64,000 nt of DNA, taken from positions 2,790,001-2,854,000 of the forward strand of contig OX337237.1 of assembly GCA_946965045.2 (NCBI GenBank). The letters are read 5' to 3'. The position numbers were made by a program, and so were the translations under genes. Shown piece by piece: positions 45,693-54,984 of this stretch. Source of the stretch: Epithemia pelagica (taxonomy: Eukaryota; Protista; Bacillariophyta). Every line of letters begins with the position of its first letter. Within the stretch, counting starts at the first letter, position 1. The notes beneath the pieces were generated by a model, which was not told where the DNA came from, ran no database searches, and saw only the letters and a program-made list of their open reading frames with translations.

Positions 45693-48596
45693 TTACGACG
45701 ACAAGGGTACATGAGCCACACCGGCCGTTCGAGAATCACAGTCCGATTCCGTCAATCGTTCGCCGGTTTGGGCCCAATAGGTTGTCTGGACCAATGCCTT
45801 GGTTCTGGTACAGGAACTGCTATTGTTGTTTGGTTGTTGGGGGGATGCTCCATCCACCACCAACAAACCAACGTCGTTGCGATCAAAGGGGGATGACAAG
45901 ATATTAAAGGAATGCCGTAATTCTTGTTCCATCAACTCCATTTCCCAGGCATTCCACGTGACGGTCTTGAGGAGACCTTGACCCGTCACAAATTCGTCGT
46001 CGTCCTCCTCTCCATTCTCATTTGCCATGTCCCGTGTTTGGTTTTCCTTGTCATTCTTTTTTGCAGAAGAATTGTTGCTGCGAGTCTTGGTTGATCCGGC
46101 AAGGCTCGTGTCCTTGTTTCGAGACATTTGTCGTGGTGGTGGACAACACAGGGCATGACTTTGTGTCCAGGCCAAGGGAAGAGTCACTTCATTCGGTCCT
46201 TCGTCGTCTTCCGATTCGAGGGGTTCATTTCGTATTTGATACACCAATTTGGCCACGCGATACCATCTCAACGGGCAATGATTTGGATCGGGAGACTTAC
46301 TCTTGTTGTTGTTCTTGTTGGTACCTCGGGCATCATGGCTCGAATAGACTGCTTCGTGAGACGTCCAATGCCACAACCGCATCCATACACATGTCCGACT
46401 TTTATTGATAATGTTGGTTTGGTTTTCCTTGTCGGATTGGAGGAGCATGGTAAAAATGCCCTTGGTTTCGGCCATGTGTACTAATTCATGAATCCAGTAC
46501 TGCAAGGGAGATGTGGTTGCACCCGTGGTCGTCGTCCAGGATAATGACGTGGTGGGCAACACAGAAGACGACAAGGCATGGCGCATGAAATAAATCGTTT
46601 CGACGTGTCCTTCTTCTCCTCCCCGATTGGCCGTTTCTTCTGGTCCCAAACGCGTCGTCGTGGGAGTCTGACGACCAAAGCCCAAAATGGAGCAACAGCG
46701 TGAACACACCACTGGATACCAACTGGCATCTACCAAGGAAGACGAATTGAAAATGGAGGGTTGCCACGACCTGCCATTCCATGCCGTGGTGGCGTCTTCC
46801 TGGAGCATGGTCACGGCAAAGTACGATTGCCGATTCAAAACAGTTTGGCGGCAGACCAAATAGGCTGGATTGTACCCCACGCGAACATTCTCGGTGGTAC
46901 AATTGTCGAAGGATGGTTGTGGCCAAAAGGGATTGCTGGCCGTTTCTCCTCCACACGACAGATATTCGGCCATGTCCTGCCAATGACCGGTCGGAAGTTG
47001 GTAGGTTGACAAGCCACGATTCAACGAAGAAGGAGAGTTTGTGGATTGGGCGGCATTGTGCGACTCTTGCTCTATTTCGTCATTTCCACCAGATCCCTCC
47101 GGAGGAGGAGAAGAAGAGGGGTCCGCAAATAAATTCATGCAGGTTGTGGGAGACGTTGTTGTTGTGGAGGAAGCTTGTTGTGGATGGCACATGCGACAGA
47201 CAATGGAGGTTGCATTGGTCCTCAAGGACGAGAGTAAATGTGATTGGTCTTGATCACCAGCGTCTATTGGAGGGTCGTCCATTCCGTGTTGCGACGCCCT
47301 ATTATACTGGATCCGCACGGACCAGGTCCAGCACGTGGGGATCTTCGATTCCATGAGAGACGTGTCGTCGTTGCAATTTGTGGTGGTGGTGGTGACTGTG
47401 GCGGTGTCCACTCGTGTGATTTGTAATGAATGAGGAACGCCAGGTACATCCAACGTAATCAACAACAAACCATTATTGCCACCAGACTCGTCTTTGTCAT
47501 CGTCGTTGTGTCCTTCCGGAGACTCTTTCTTCTCGTCCTCGTTCGTTGGATCTAGAACCGCTTTGTTGTCATGTTGTTGTTGCAAGTTTGGAGGATGACA
47601 ATAATACAATCCAACTCGCGTACCGTTGTTTTGACGTGCAGAAGTCGTAGTTGTACCGGTACAACCTTGTACGGGTTGACACGAAAAGTAACTGGTCCAG
47701 TTCATGGTCTGGTTGTTATTGCTGCTGCATGCAGACTGGAGGAAAGAAGAGTTGTCGTGTGGGTACGGTGCCGGCACTGTGGCTTGCAATTGAATGTGAA
47801 GACTCGACAGGTGTGGCAATTGCGTCACGTGAATCTTCCAATCCGACCAGGGACTGCGTTTGGTAGTGCTGCGACTCGTCGTCGTCTCGGTACGAGTCCT
47901 CCCACCCTTTCCCACTTTTTGGTCCGCCACACCAACCCGAGATTCCTCTGAGTCGTCCCGTACTACTGGATCCAGTCGGTCCTTTGGTGGGACAGGATGT
48001 TCGTGTTCCAAAGAGAAACTCTGGACTGGACCGGATGCTTCCCTACTCGTGCTGCCGGCAGTGTCGCCATTCGTATGCGGTAGACTTGTCTTTTGTGCAT
48101 CCATATCCCCAGGACTGGAGGGTTGCTTTGGCAAAACCCGTGTCTTGTTCTTGTTGGCGTGTTTGGTTTGTTGTTGTTGCTGCTGGTGCAGCAAGGACTG
48201 GACCTGTTCCTTTGCTAGATGATAATCGTGCGATGCATCCTTGAGGGATGCTTGACCAATCAAGGTCGACAATTCGTTCCAGGCGGCCCAAACCTTGGTT
48301 TCTTGGGGTGACAACAAGGAAGACGTTGTCGTCGTTGGGGTGCGTTGTTGTTGTTGGCGTTGGCGTCGACGTCGTTGGCGACAGATACTCTTGTGCTGAC
48401 GATTCCAATCCGCTTGTTGACATTCCACACTGCAATATCGTTCGTCTCCTTGACAGCGACTGCATCGAAAGAGTGCCTTGGAAATCGTGCCACAGACATG
48501 ACATGAAACTGACTCCCTTGGACCTACCGCGTGGGTGGCGCTCGATAATGGCACTCTCCCTGTGGGGTGAGTGGTTGTAGGGCGGAGTTCTCCCAT
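45693..48596 (-). CDS. zf-MYND plus HECT_2/UBE3D-like (E2-binding) protein
   Basis: CHVC...CSRC...YCSVECQQADW..QHKSIC (MYND). Later IVCRMC, LPTGHWQDMAEYLSCG and VVCSRCCSILG resemble UBE3D/Ipa1-type domains. Confidence 0.6.
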   Translation of the reverse strand: MGELRPTTTHPTGRVPLSSATHAVGPRESVSCHVCGTISKALFRCSRCQGDERYCSVECQQADWNRQHKSICRQRRRRQRQQQQRTPTTTTSSLLSPQETKVWAAWNELSTLIGQASLKDASHDYHLAKEQVQSLLHQQQQQQTKHANKNKTRVLPKQPSSPGDMDAQKTSLPHTNGDTAGSTSREASGPVQSFSLEHEHPVPPKDRLDPVVRDDSEESRVGVADQKVGKGGRTRTETTTSRSTTKRSPWSDWKIHVTQLPHLSSLHIQLQATVPAPYPHDNSSFLQSACSSNNNQTMNWTSYFSCQPVQGCTGTTTTSARQNNGTRVGLYYCHPPNLQQQHDNKAVLDPTNEDEKKESPEGHNDDDKDESGGNNGLLLITLDVPGVPHSLQITRVDTATVTTTTTNCNDDTSLMESKIPTCWTWSVRIQYNRASQHGMDDPPIDAGDQDQSHLLSSLRTNATSIVCRMCHPQQASSTTTTSPTTCMNLFADPSSSPPPEGSGGNDEIEQESHNAAQSTNSPSSLNRGLSTYQLPTGHWQDMAEYLSCGGETASNPFWPQPSFDNCTTENVRVGYNPAYLVCRQTVLNRQSYFAVTMLQEDATTAWNGRSWQPSIFNSSSLVDASWYPVVCSRCCSILGFGRQTPTTTRLGPEETANRGGEEGHVETIYFMRHALSSSVLPTTSLSWTTTTGATTSPLQYWIHELVHMAETKGIFTMLLQSDKENQTNIINKSRTCVWMRLWHWTSHEAVYSSHDARGTNKNNNKSKSPDPNHCPLRWYRVAKLVYQIRNEPLESEDDEGPNEVTLPLAWTQSHALCCPPPRQMSRNKDTSLAGSTKTRSNNSSAKKNDKENQTRDMANENGEEDDDEFVTGQGLLKTVTWNAWEMELMEQELRHSFNILSSPFDRNDVGLLVVDGASPQQPNNNSSSCTRTKALVQTTYWAQTGERLTESDCDSRTAGVAHVPLSS

Positions 48597-49189
48597 TGTC
48601 GTCGCTCTTGTTTCTTCTGTCGCTCCCTTACAAACCAACCTATTAGGTAGGTTCTCTTTCTCTTTGTTTCCTTGCTGTTGTCGTTGTTGTTACTCTTGGT
48701 TCAGGGATGCGTCACTGGTTGTGTGTGTTTCCCAGGAGACGAACAATACCTAGAGAGCAGGGGAGGAGAGAGAGTCGAGAACAGGGGCATCGAGAGGAAG
48801 ATCTCGAGAGAACAATTGAATAGTGCGCCATTGTGGCCAACATTTTTCGGCGTCCAGCAGCTGTTGGCAGATGGGTCGCGTTTCTGTCACGATGCTATGT
48901 TTGCTATGTGTGGGTGGATGGACCCTACTCCTATCTCTACCATGTACGGCGATTCGTCCTTGCCGAGAAAGGATGTCTCATGGAATCGGTGACATGACCA
49001 GGAAAAGTCATTCTTGTTACAATCTCCGATCTAGAGAGACAAAGTGCGCTGAAAGAGGAAAGGGGGTGTCTATACTACTAGAGGTCCTTGGACGTACACT
49101 AGTGCACAAGAGAGAAAAAGAGAGAGCTTGTGGTTTTGTTCCCTTTTCATTCGTCTCCAAGAAACGAGCCCGGAGAAGAACTACATTGA

Positions 49190-50092
49190 TTGACGTTCTC
49201 CAGCGGTAAGAATAGATGAAAGAATTGTTGGACCATCTCCCGATGATGGGATCCTGGCTTGATCCGGCTGGATAAAACGCCGATCGTCCCCTCCACGGTT
49301 GGCGTCAGCCCTGTTCTTGTTGTCGTCGTCGGATGGAGTTGTGGTGTATTTGGTCATCATGGCTGCCACTACTTCTTGGCCACGATTTTCCCATTCCTCC
49401 CGATTCTTTTGGGCATAACCCAAGTATTCGTCACTCGATACCCCAAAGACACCACAATCACTGAACTTTTTGGCCAATGGAATAATATAAAAGTAAAAAA
49501 AGCCCAGTTCACCCTGGTACCAAAACTCGGACGGATCCTTTTCCGCTCGTCCGTGTTGGTAGGCCGTGTACAGTTCCAGGAACAATCGTTCGTTCCATTT
49601 TCGAAAAATGTGCCAATGCTGCATGGTATGAGCCACATCGGAGGCCTGAATCAAGTGCTCAATCACAATGGTCGCCTTGCGATTGGTATTGTGGACCTGT
49701 GTGGTGGCATCCATATTACGAATCGTAGTATGGTTGTTGTCTTGGGAAAAGGCCTTGTCCCACCGTTGATTGCGCAATTGCTTGAGATCCTTGTCCATAA
49801 TATCCGTTGCCATGACTCCTGCGTGTGTGCGTAGTTGGAAACACCATGCATGAGACAAGACAAAAGTGTCAGAAGTGGTTTTGCATGGCTCAAGAAAGGG
49901 AAATATAGATCGATCTGGACAGCAACACCCCACAAGAACACGTACCATTGACCACCAGTTCGCGGAACCGAGCCATTTCCGCCTCCGTGCTGCAAATAAC
50001 ATTGCGGAGATCATCGAATTGGTCTTCCATCAAAAGATGCCACGACAAGTCGACCGAATTCTGTTCGGCCAAACTCTTGCCATTGTATTTGC
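49190..50092 (-). pseudogene. 3' stub (PDE C-terminal part) of a cyclase-PDE paralogue; intron 49819-49945
   Basis: KYNGKSLAEQNSVDLSW...RELVVNG|VMATD...IQASDVAHTMQHW is near-identical to 31653-32520, with the intron in the same position. Similarity ends near 50092. Confidence 0.9.
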
Positions 50093-50596
50093 TATTAGAA
50101 GCTTGGTGAAGGTAAATAATTCGTCACCGATTCGTCAACACCAAATGCGGAGACGTGACATGTGGGTATTTGGCCACGTCAGATGACGCGCGTCAATCGT
50201 GACGCCGTCACAGTAGCAACCTTGGGTACAGCCTCTCATCAATGAAGATAAATGGAACAATGCGCAGCGACATGACACACATGAACCGTCATCTCGCTGT
50301 TTGGAGTGCGCGAAAGGAATTTTCTTTGGCCTCCATGACGCACGTCTATTATTCTATCGACGACGAGGGCATGCCAAACTGCCGAACTTTCTATAGTTCG
50401 ATCGGGCATTCCCCTCATTCATTGTCGTCGTGACTTTGTATTCGGCTTTCGGCTGCCTTTTAAGAGAGGAATAGATTGAATTGTGTTGAAGGAGAGAACT
50501 AGAACGAATCTGCAAGACAGAATCAAGATCAAGGTATCTGGAGAGTGGAGGTACATTGGAACAACCGCAAAAGAACAACAGTGAACAACCACCACC

Positions 50597-53500
50597 ATGG
50601 AAGCAGTAGCTGCAGCCGCAACAACCTCATCGGACGACCACGTGGCAGTCTCAATGAGAACGAACGAACCAAGCCAAAACGAACCAAGCCTGGCGGAGGA
50701 TTCTAACACCACCAACAACGACGACAACTCGAACCGCAAGGACCAGGACTCCAATCTGGAACTAGACAAACAGGAGGGGATCCTTCCAGTTTCGCCACAT
50801 TCTCAGCCAGGAATGAGCACCCCGAATTCCTCTGTGAATTCCTTCCAGGCCAAAGCAGCATCTTTTCCAGTCGAGGTGGATGACAGGCAGAGGGACGATT
50901 CGAACCAACCAGAGGACGTGAAGAACGAGAACGAAGCACCATCCAGCATTCGTAGCCACCAGACCAACGAATCGTCGTCTGCGGCATCCACTCCGGATAC
51001 GAACAGCAGCAGCAGCAGTAGGAAAGTCTCCTCCATGCCAATCGCCAAGGAGGAATGTTTCCGAAAACAAGAGAATCTGGACGACAACAGTGAGGCATTG
51101 CATGGCAACAACTCACCCCGAAACAACCAGAACGAACCGACCAGTCATGTTCCTCTCCCGGTAGCCGCCATGAATGCCAATCCTCCTATGCCATCTTCCC
51201 CATCAGTAGACACCCTTGCGCTGACCGTGTTCGATGGGACACGAGAGGAAGATACCATTCTCACACCGACGACTGCTCCTCCTACTACGAATACTACAAC
51301 TCCTCCTCCTCTTTCACCACCAACACTTACGACTACCCTGGTCCTCGATTCGGACGGCATGACGAGTCAAAGTAGCGTGCATCGAAACAACAGCTACAAC
51401 AAGAACTACAAGAACAAAAAGCCCTTGACCGCACAAGGCTTTTTGCGAGCCTTGGAATTGGAAGATGAAATCCTCTTGTCCGACTATGTCTTGTTGCCTC
51501 AAGATGATCCTCGTCGTCATTCGACGGACTATAGCGGGGAAGATTGTTTCTTGTCGCATCGCGGACCGGATACCAAACGCGATTTGGTGGTACCCTTGGC
51601 CCGTACCTTGACCAATCTCTATGGCTATCGTTTGTTTGTCGATGCCCAAGCCGTGAATGAGCATGCGCGAGGATCCGGTCACTTGCCCAAACGCGATGTC
51701 TTACGGCATGCCTTGTGGAAATGTCAAAGCATGCTCATTTTGATTTCGCGAACCTTTGATCAGTCCTCCTGGTGTTTGCGAGAATTGTATACCGCCCTCT
51801 ATCGGCGTCGCGGTGATTCCGACTTTGAATTGTGCATCTTGTGGTGCGATGGCTTGACACCGGAATTGGGCAATCATTTGCCCGCCTATGCCGGATTGCA
51901 ATTGCATCGGTATCATCCAGCACCTCCCCACCAAGGAGGAGAAGAAGAGTCGAACGGTGCAACCGCCGTAGCCTCGTATCAGCCCTATACGACCTTGGAA
52001 GGCTTTGCCGTCGATTGTTTGCATCCAGTGGTTCGACACTTGATCTCTGGTCCTACGGCACCACTTGTATCCCAGGCCATTTTTACCGAAACCTGGCGAT
52101 GGTATTGTCCACTCAAACCACCCACGACACATCCAGGGCCACCGCCACCATCCGTACTAGCAACAAGATTGCAATCGAATGGGACACCATTATCCACAAC
52201 AACAACAGACGTAGTCCTGAGCAACGACCCCAACACTCCTCCATTCACTCGTACCAATAAGGATGCGGAAGTGGCCTCGAACGACAACGACGTTACTAGC
52301 CACAAGAACAACACGAATCAAGAACAACAACAGCCACGGGCAGAAGATGTCGAAGTGGGCAGTAGCAGCACCAGCCGGAGTAGTCCAAGTCATGATGACA
52401 ACCAAGACAAATCCAAGAAACCACCCAGCTTGCTATCCTCGTGGAACCGCAACCCGACCCTCCGGTACACCTTCTGGATTCTGATACTCTTGATTCTCCT
52501 TTGTGGAGTGGGTATTATCGTGGCGGTGGTGCTTCGAAATACCAAGGACGACGACGACAACAACAACAACACGAATGGACAAAGTGCTTCGTTGGATTCC
52601 CCCTCGTCTTCCACAACGAGTAACCCTTCTGTGCCTCCCACCTTGTCTCCATCGACACTCTCACCCACGACTGCCTTTCCCACACGAGTCCCTACCCCGA
52701 CACCCAGTGGTGCACCGAGTACATCCACGGCTCCTTCGATGGATCCACGAAAGGTGGTCTTGGTGGAATTTTTGCGGAATCAAACTCGGGTCGAAACTCC
52801 GTTGCAATATCCTGCCCAAGATCTCTCCACCTCTTCCATTGAAGAACTCGCCTTGACATGGCTGGTCGATGAAGATTCACTCGCGCTCGAAGTCAATGAT
52901 GCCTCGTCGCAACGACGTATTGTACAACGGTATGCGTTGGCAACACTCTGGTTTCTCCAAACACCCGAAACAACCTGGAGACAAGTGAATCAAATCAATT
53001 GGTTGTCGGCGGCACACGAATGCGAGTGGGCCATGGTTACCTGTCGAAACACGACAATTACGAATGATAATGGCGAAGAGGTTGGAATGGATCTTGTGGT
53101 GGATCAATTGGCTCTCGGCCGTCTCAAATTGACGGGTACCATTTCGGAAGATGTGGGACTCTTGACGGATGTTACATCTTTGGAGTTGACTGGCAATTCC
53201 TTGATTGGACCGTTTCCACCTCTTGTGTTGCAAATGACATCTCTCACCGTGCTACGACTGGATGGCAATGCCTTGACTGGTCCCATTCCCAATGAATTGG
53301 GCACCACGTTGACGCAATTGCAAGACTTGAGACTTTGGAACAATTTGTTGACGGGTACCCTGCCGAGTAGTATTGGCGAATTATCTCGTTTGACCTACTT
53401 GGATACAGGCAACAATCCGAGTTTGGGAGGTGTCTTGCCCACAACCTTGACGCAGTTGACAGCCCTGGAATCCATGCGATTGTGGATCAACAACTTTACG

Positions 53501-54091
53501 GGTCCTATTCCGGAAAATATCGGGGACCTCGAAGCATTGGAGTCACTCCTCCTGTCGAACAATGACTTGACGGGAACTCTGCCGAGTAGTTTTGGTCTAT
53601 TGAGTAATTTGGTCGTCTTTTATGCCGGATTCAATCCTCAATTGGGTGGTCCCCTTCCCAATGTTACGTTGTTGACATCGCTCACCCACCTGTGGTTGGA
53701 AGATACGGATTTTACTGGACCCATTCCCGAAGATGTGGGTGGCATGAGCAGTTTGCAATATTTAATCTTGACCAATAATCGCTTGTCGGGTACGATTCCC
53801 ACCAGTATTGGTCAACTTTCCAATCTCCTTCAATTTCGAGTGCTTCTAAATCCCGAATTGCGAGGTCCTATACCAAGTTCCATGGCCGATTTGACCAAAC
53901 TGAGTCTTTTTAACATTCACAATACCTCCTTGACAGGTGAGGTTCCCTTGTGCTCGGTGGTAGACTCACGATCCTATAGCATTGTGGCAGCCGATTGCGA
54001 CCAAGTCAATTGTACCTGTTGTACTCAGTGTTGTGACAGAGTAACGGGATCCGAGGACTCTCTCTTTAGAAGTGTCTGTGCTTTGCAATAA
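50597..54091 (+). CDS. TIR-TM-LRR receptor 1 (1164 aa)
   Basis: TIR EDCFLSHRGPDTKRD...SWCLRELYTALYR; TM at ~52472-52534; S/T/P stalk; QRYALATLWF and WLS..HECEW.VTC cap; ~12 plant-type LRRs; C-cap CDQVNCTCCTQC. Confidence 0.92.
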   Translation: MEAVAAAATTSSDDHVAVSMRTNEPSQNEPSLAEDSNTTNNDDNSNRKDQDSNLELDKQEGILPVSPHSQPGMSTPNSSVNSFQAKAASFPVEVDDRQRDDSNQPEDVKNENEAPSSIRSHQTNESSSAASTPDTNSSSSSRKVSSMPIAKEECFRKQENLDDNSEALHGNNSPRNNQNEPTSHVPLPVAAMNANPPMPSSPSVDTLALTVFDGTREEDTILTPTTAPPTTNTTTPPPLSPPTLTTTLVLDSDGMTSQSSVHRNNSYNKNYKNKKPLTAQGFLRALELEDEILLSDYVLLPQDDPRRHSTDYSGEDCFLSHRGPDTKRDLVVPLARTLTNLYGYRLFVDAQAVNEHARGSGHLPKRDVLRHALWKCQSMLILISRTFDQSSWCLRELYTALYRRRGDSDFELCILWCDGLTPELGNHLPAYAGLQLHRYHPAPPHQGGEEESNGATAVASYQPYTTLEGFAVDCLHPVVRHLISGPTAPLVSQAIFTETWRWYCPLKPPTTHPGPPPPSVLATRLQSNGTPLSTTTTDVVLSNDPNTPPFTRTNKDAEVASNDNDVTSHKNNTNQEQQQPRAEDVEVGSSSTSRSSPSHDDNQDKSKKPPSLLSSWNRNPTLRYTFWILILLILLCGVGIIVAVVLRNTKDDDDNNNNTNGQSASLDSPSSSTTSNPSVPPTLSPSTLSPTTAFPTRVPTPTPSGAPSTSTAPSMDPRKVVLVEFLRNQTRVETPLQYPAQDLSTSSIEELALTWLVDEDSLALEVNDASSQRRIVQRYALATLWFLQTPETTWRQVNQINWLSAAHECEWAMVTCRNTTITNDNGEEVGMDLVVDQLALGRLKLTGTISEDVGLLTDVTSLELTGNSLIGPFPPLVLQMTSLTVLRLDGNALTGPIPNELGTTLTQLQDLRLWNNLLTGTLPSSIGELSRLTYLDTGNNPSLGGVLPTTLTQLTALESMRLWINNFTGPIPENIGDLEALESLLLSNNDLTGTLPSSFGLLSNLVVFYAGFNPQLGGPLPNVTLLTSLTHLWLEDTDFTGPIPEDVGGMSSLQYLILTNNRLSGTIPTSIGQLSNLLQFRVLLNPELRGPIPSSMADLTKLSLFNIHNTSLTGEVPLCSVVDSRSYSIVAADCDQVNCTCCTQCCDRVTGSEDSLFRSVCALQ

Positions 54092-54984
54092 GTAGAAGAG
54101 CCAAAACATCCAGAAGAGGTCGACCGAGGTGAAACGTTATGGAAGCAACGGATATAATAACGAGAGACCACACGGGTTTAATTCAGCACAAGCAGGAACA
54201 TAATCCACATGGCGTAAAGGATCAGGAATTTGAGCCACGAAGCATATCTCATGTTGGCTGTGTATCATGTCTTGTTGCCTTTCATCAAATCAAGGCTGTC
54301 AAATCGGCAAATCCGAAACGCAATGGAAAAGCCACGAGCCTCCAGCCCACAGATCGACGTGAAATGCATCCAAAATATTGGTATCAGGTGTATTGCATAT
54401 TGCATCACGCAGTAGGGAAACGATAGACTCTACCCAAGAAACCATGTCGTCTAAGTTTTGCACTCTTTCGATGGGTTGCTGTCATATGTTATTAAAGACA
54501 AGACGCACGGAAGGGAGATGCACTTTCTGGTGATCTTCTCTTGGACTCATTTTACGTGAACGCGACTGACGGATTGCGCGGGTGTTTGGTTCTTCTCACA
54601 GGCGCATGGAGGACCTCGCTTCACAGTGGCTGTACACGCACAGTTTGTATGCTCTCCGAAGCTTGTTAGCACACCGCCAAGTTTGCTTCGATCTTGCTGT
54701 TCCTTTTCCTTTTGTGGTTGCTTAGACCACAACTTTATGCTCTGTTGTGGCTCAGGCCTGCAGTGTCAAGGTTTACGCTCGCTTTCGGCTGACAGAACAA
54801 AAGCACGTAGCACAGGTAGAGAACCCGGAGGTTTGCGTGAATGCATTGCTCGCGATCTTCTTTGGGAACGCGACTTGGAAATTGTAGGATATGATGATCC
54901 ATGTTCACATGTTTCTGTCTTCTCATTTCCCTTTTGAGACAATTCACTACGACACTCGATTGTTCTATCCTGACGTTCTACATC

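Noticed and set aside
5459-50092. The 5' and 3' cyclase stubs as halves of one gene split by a 44-kb insertion
   Set aside because: On the minus strand the 5' half would have to lie to the right of the 3' half; the order is the reverse.
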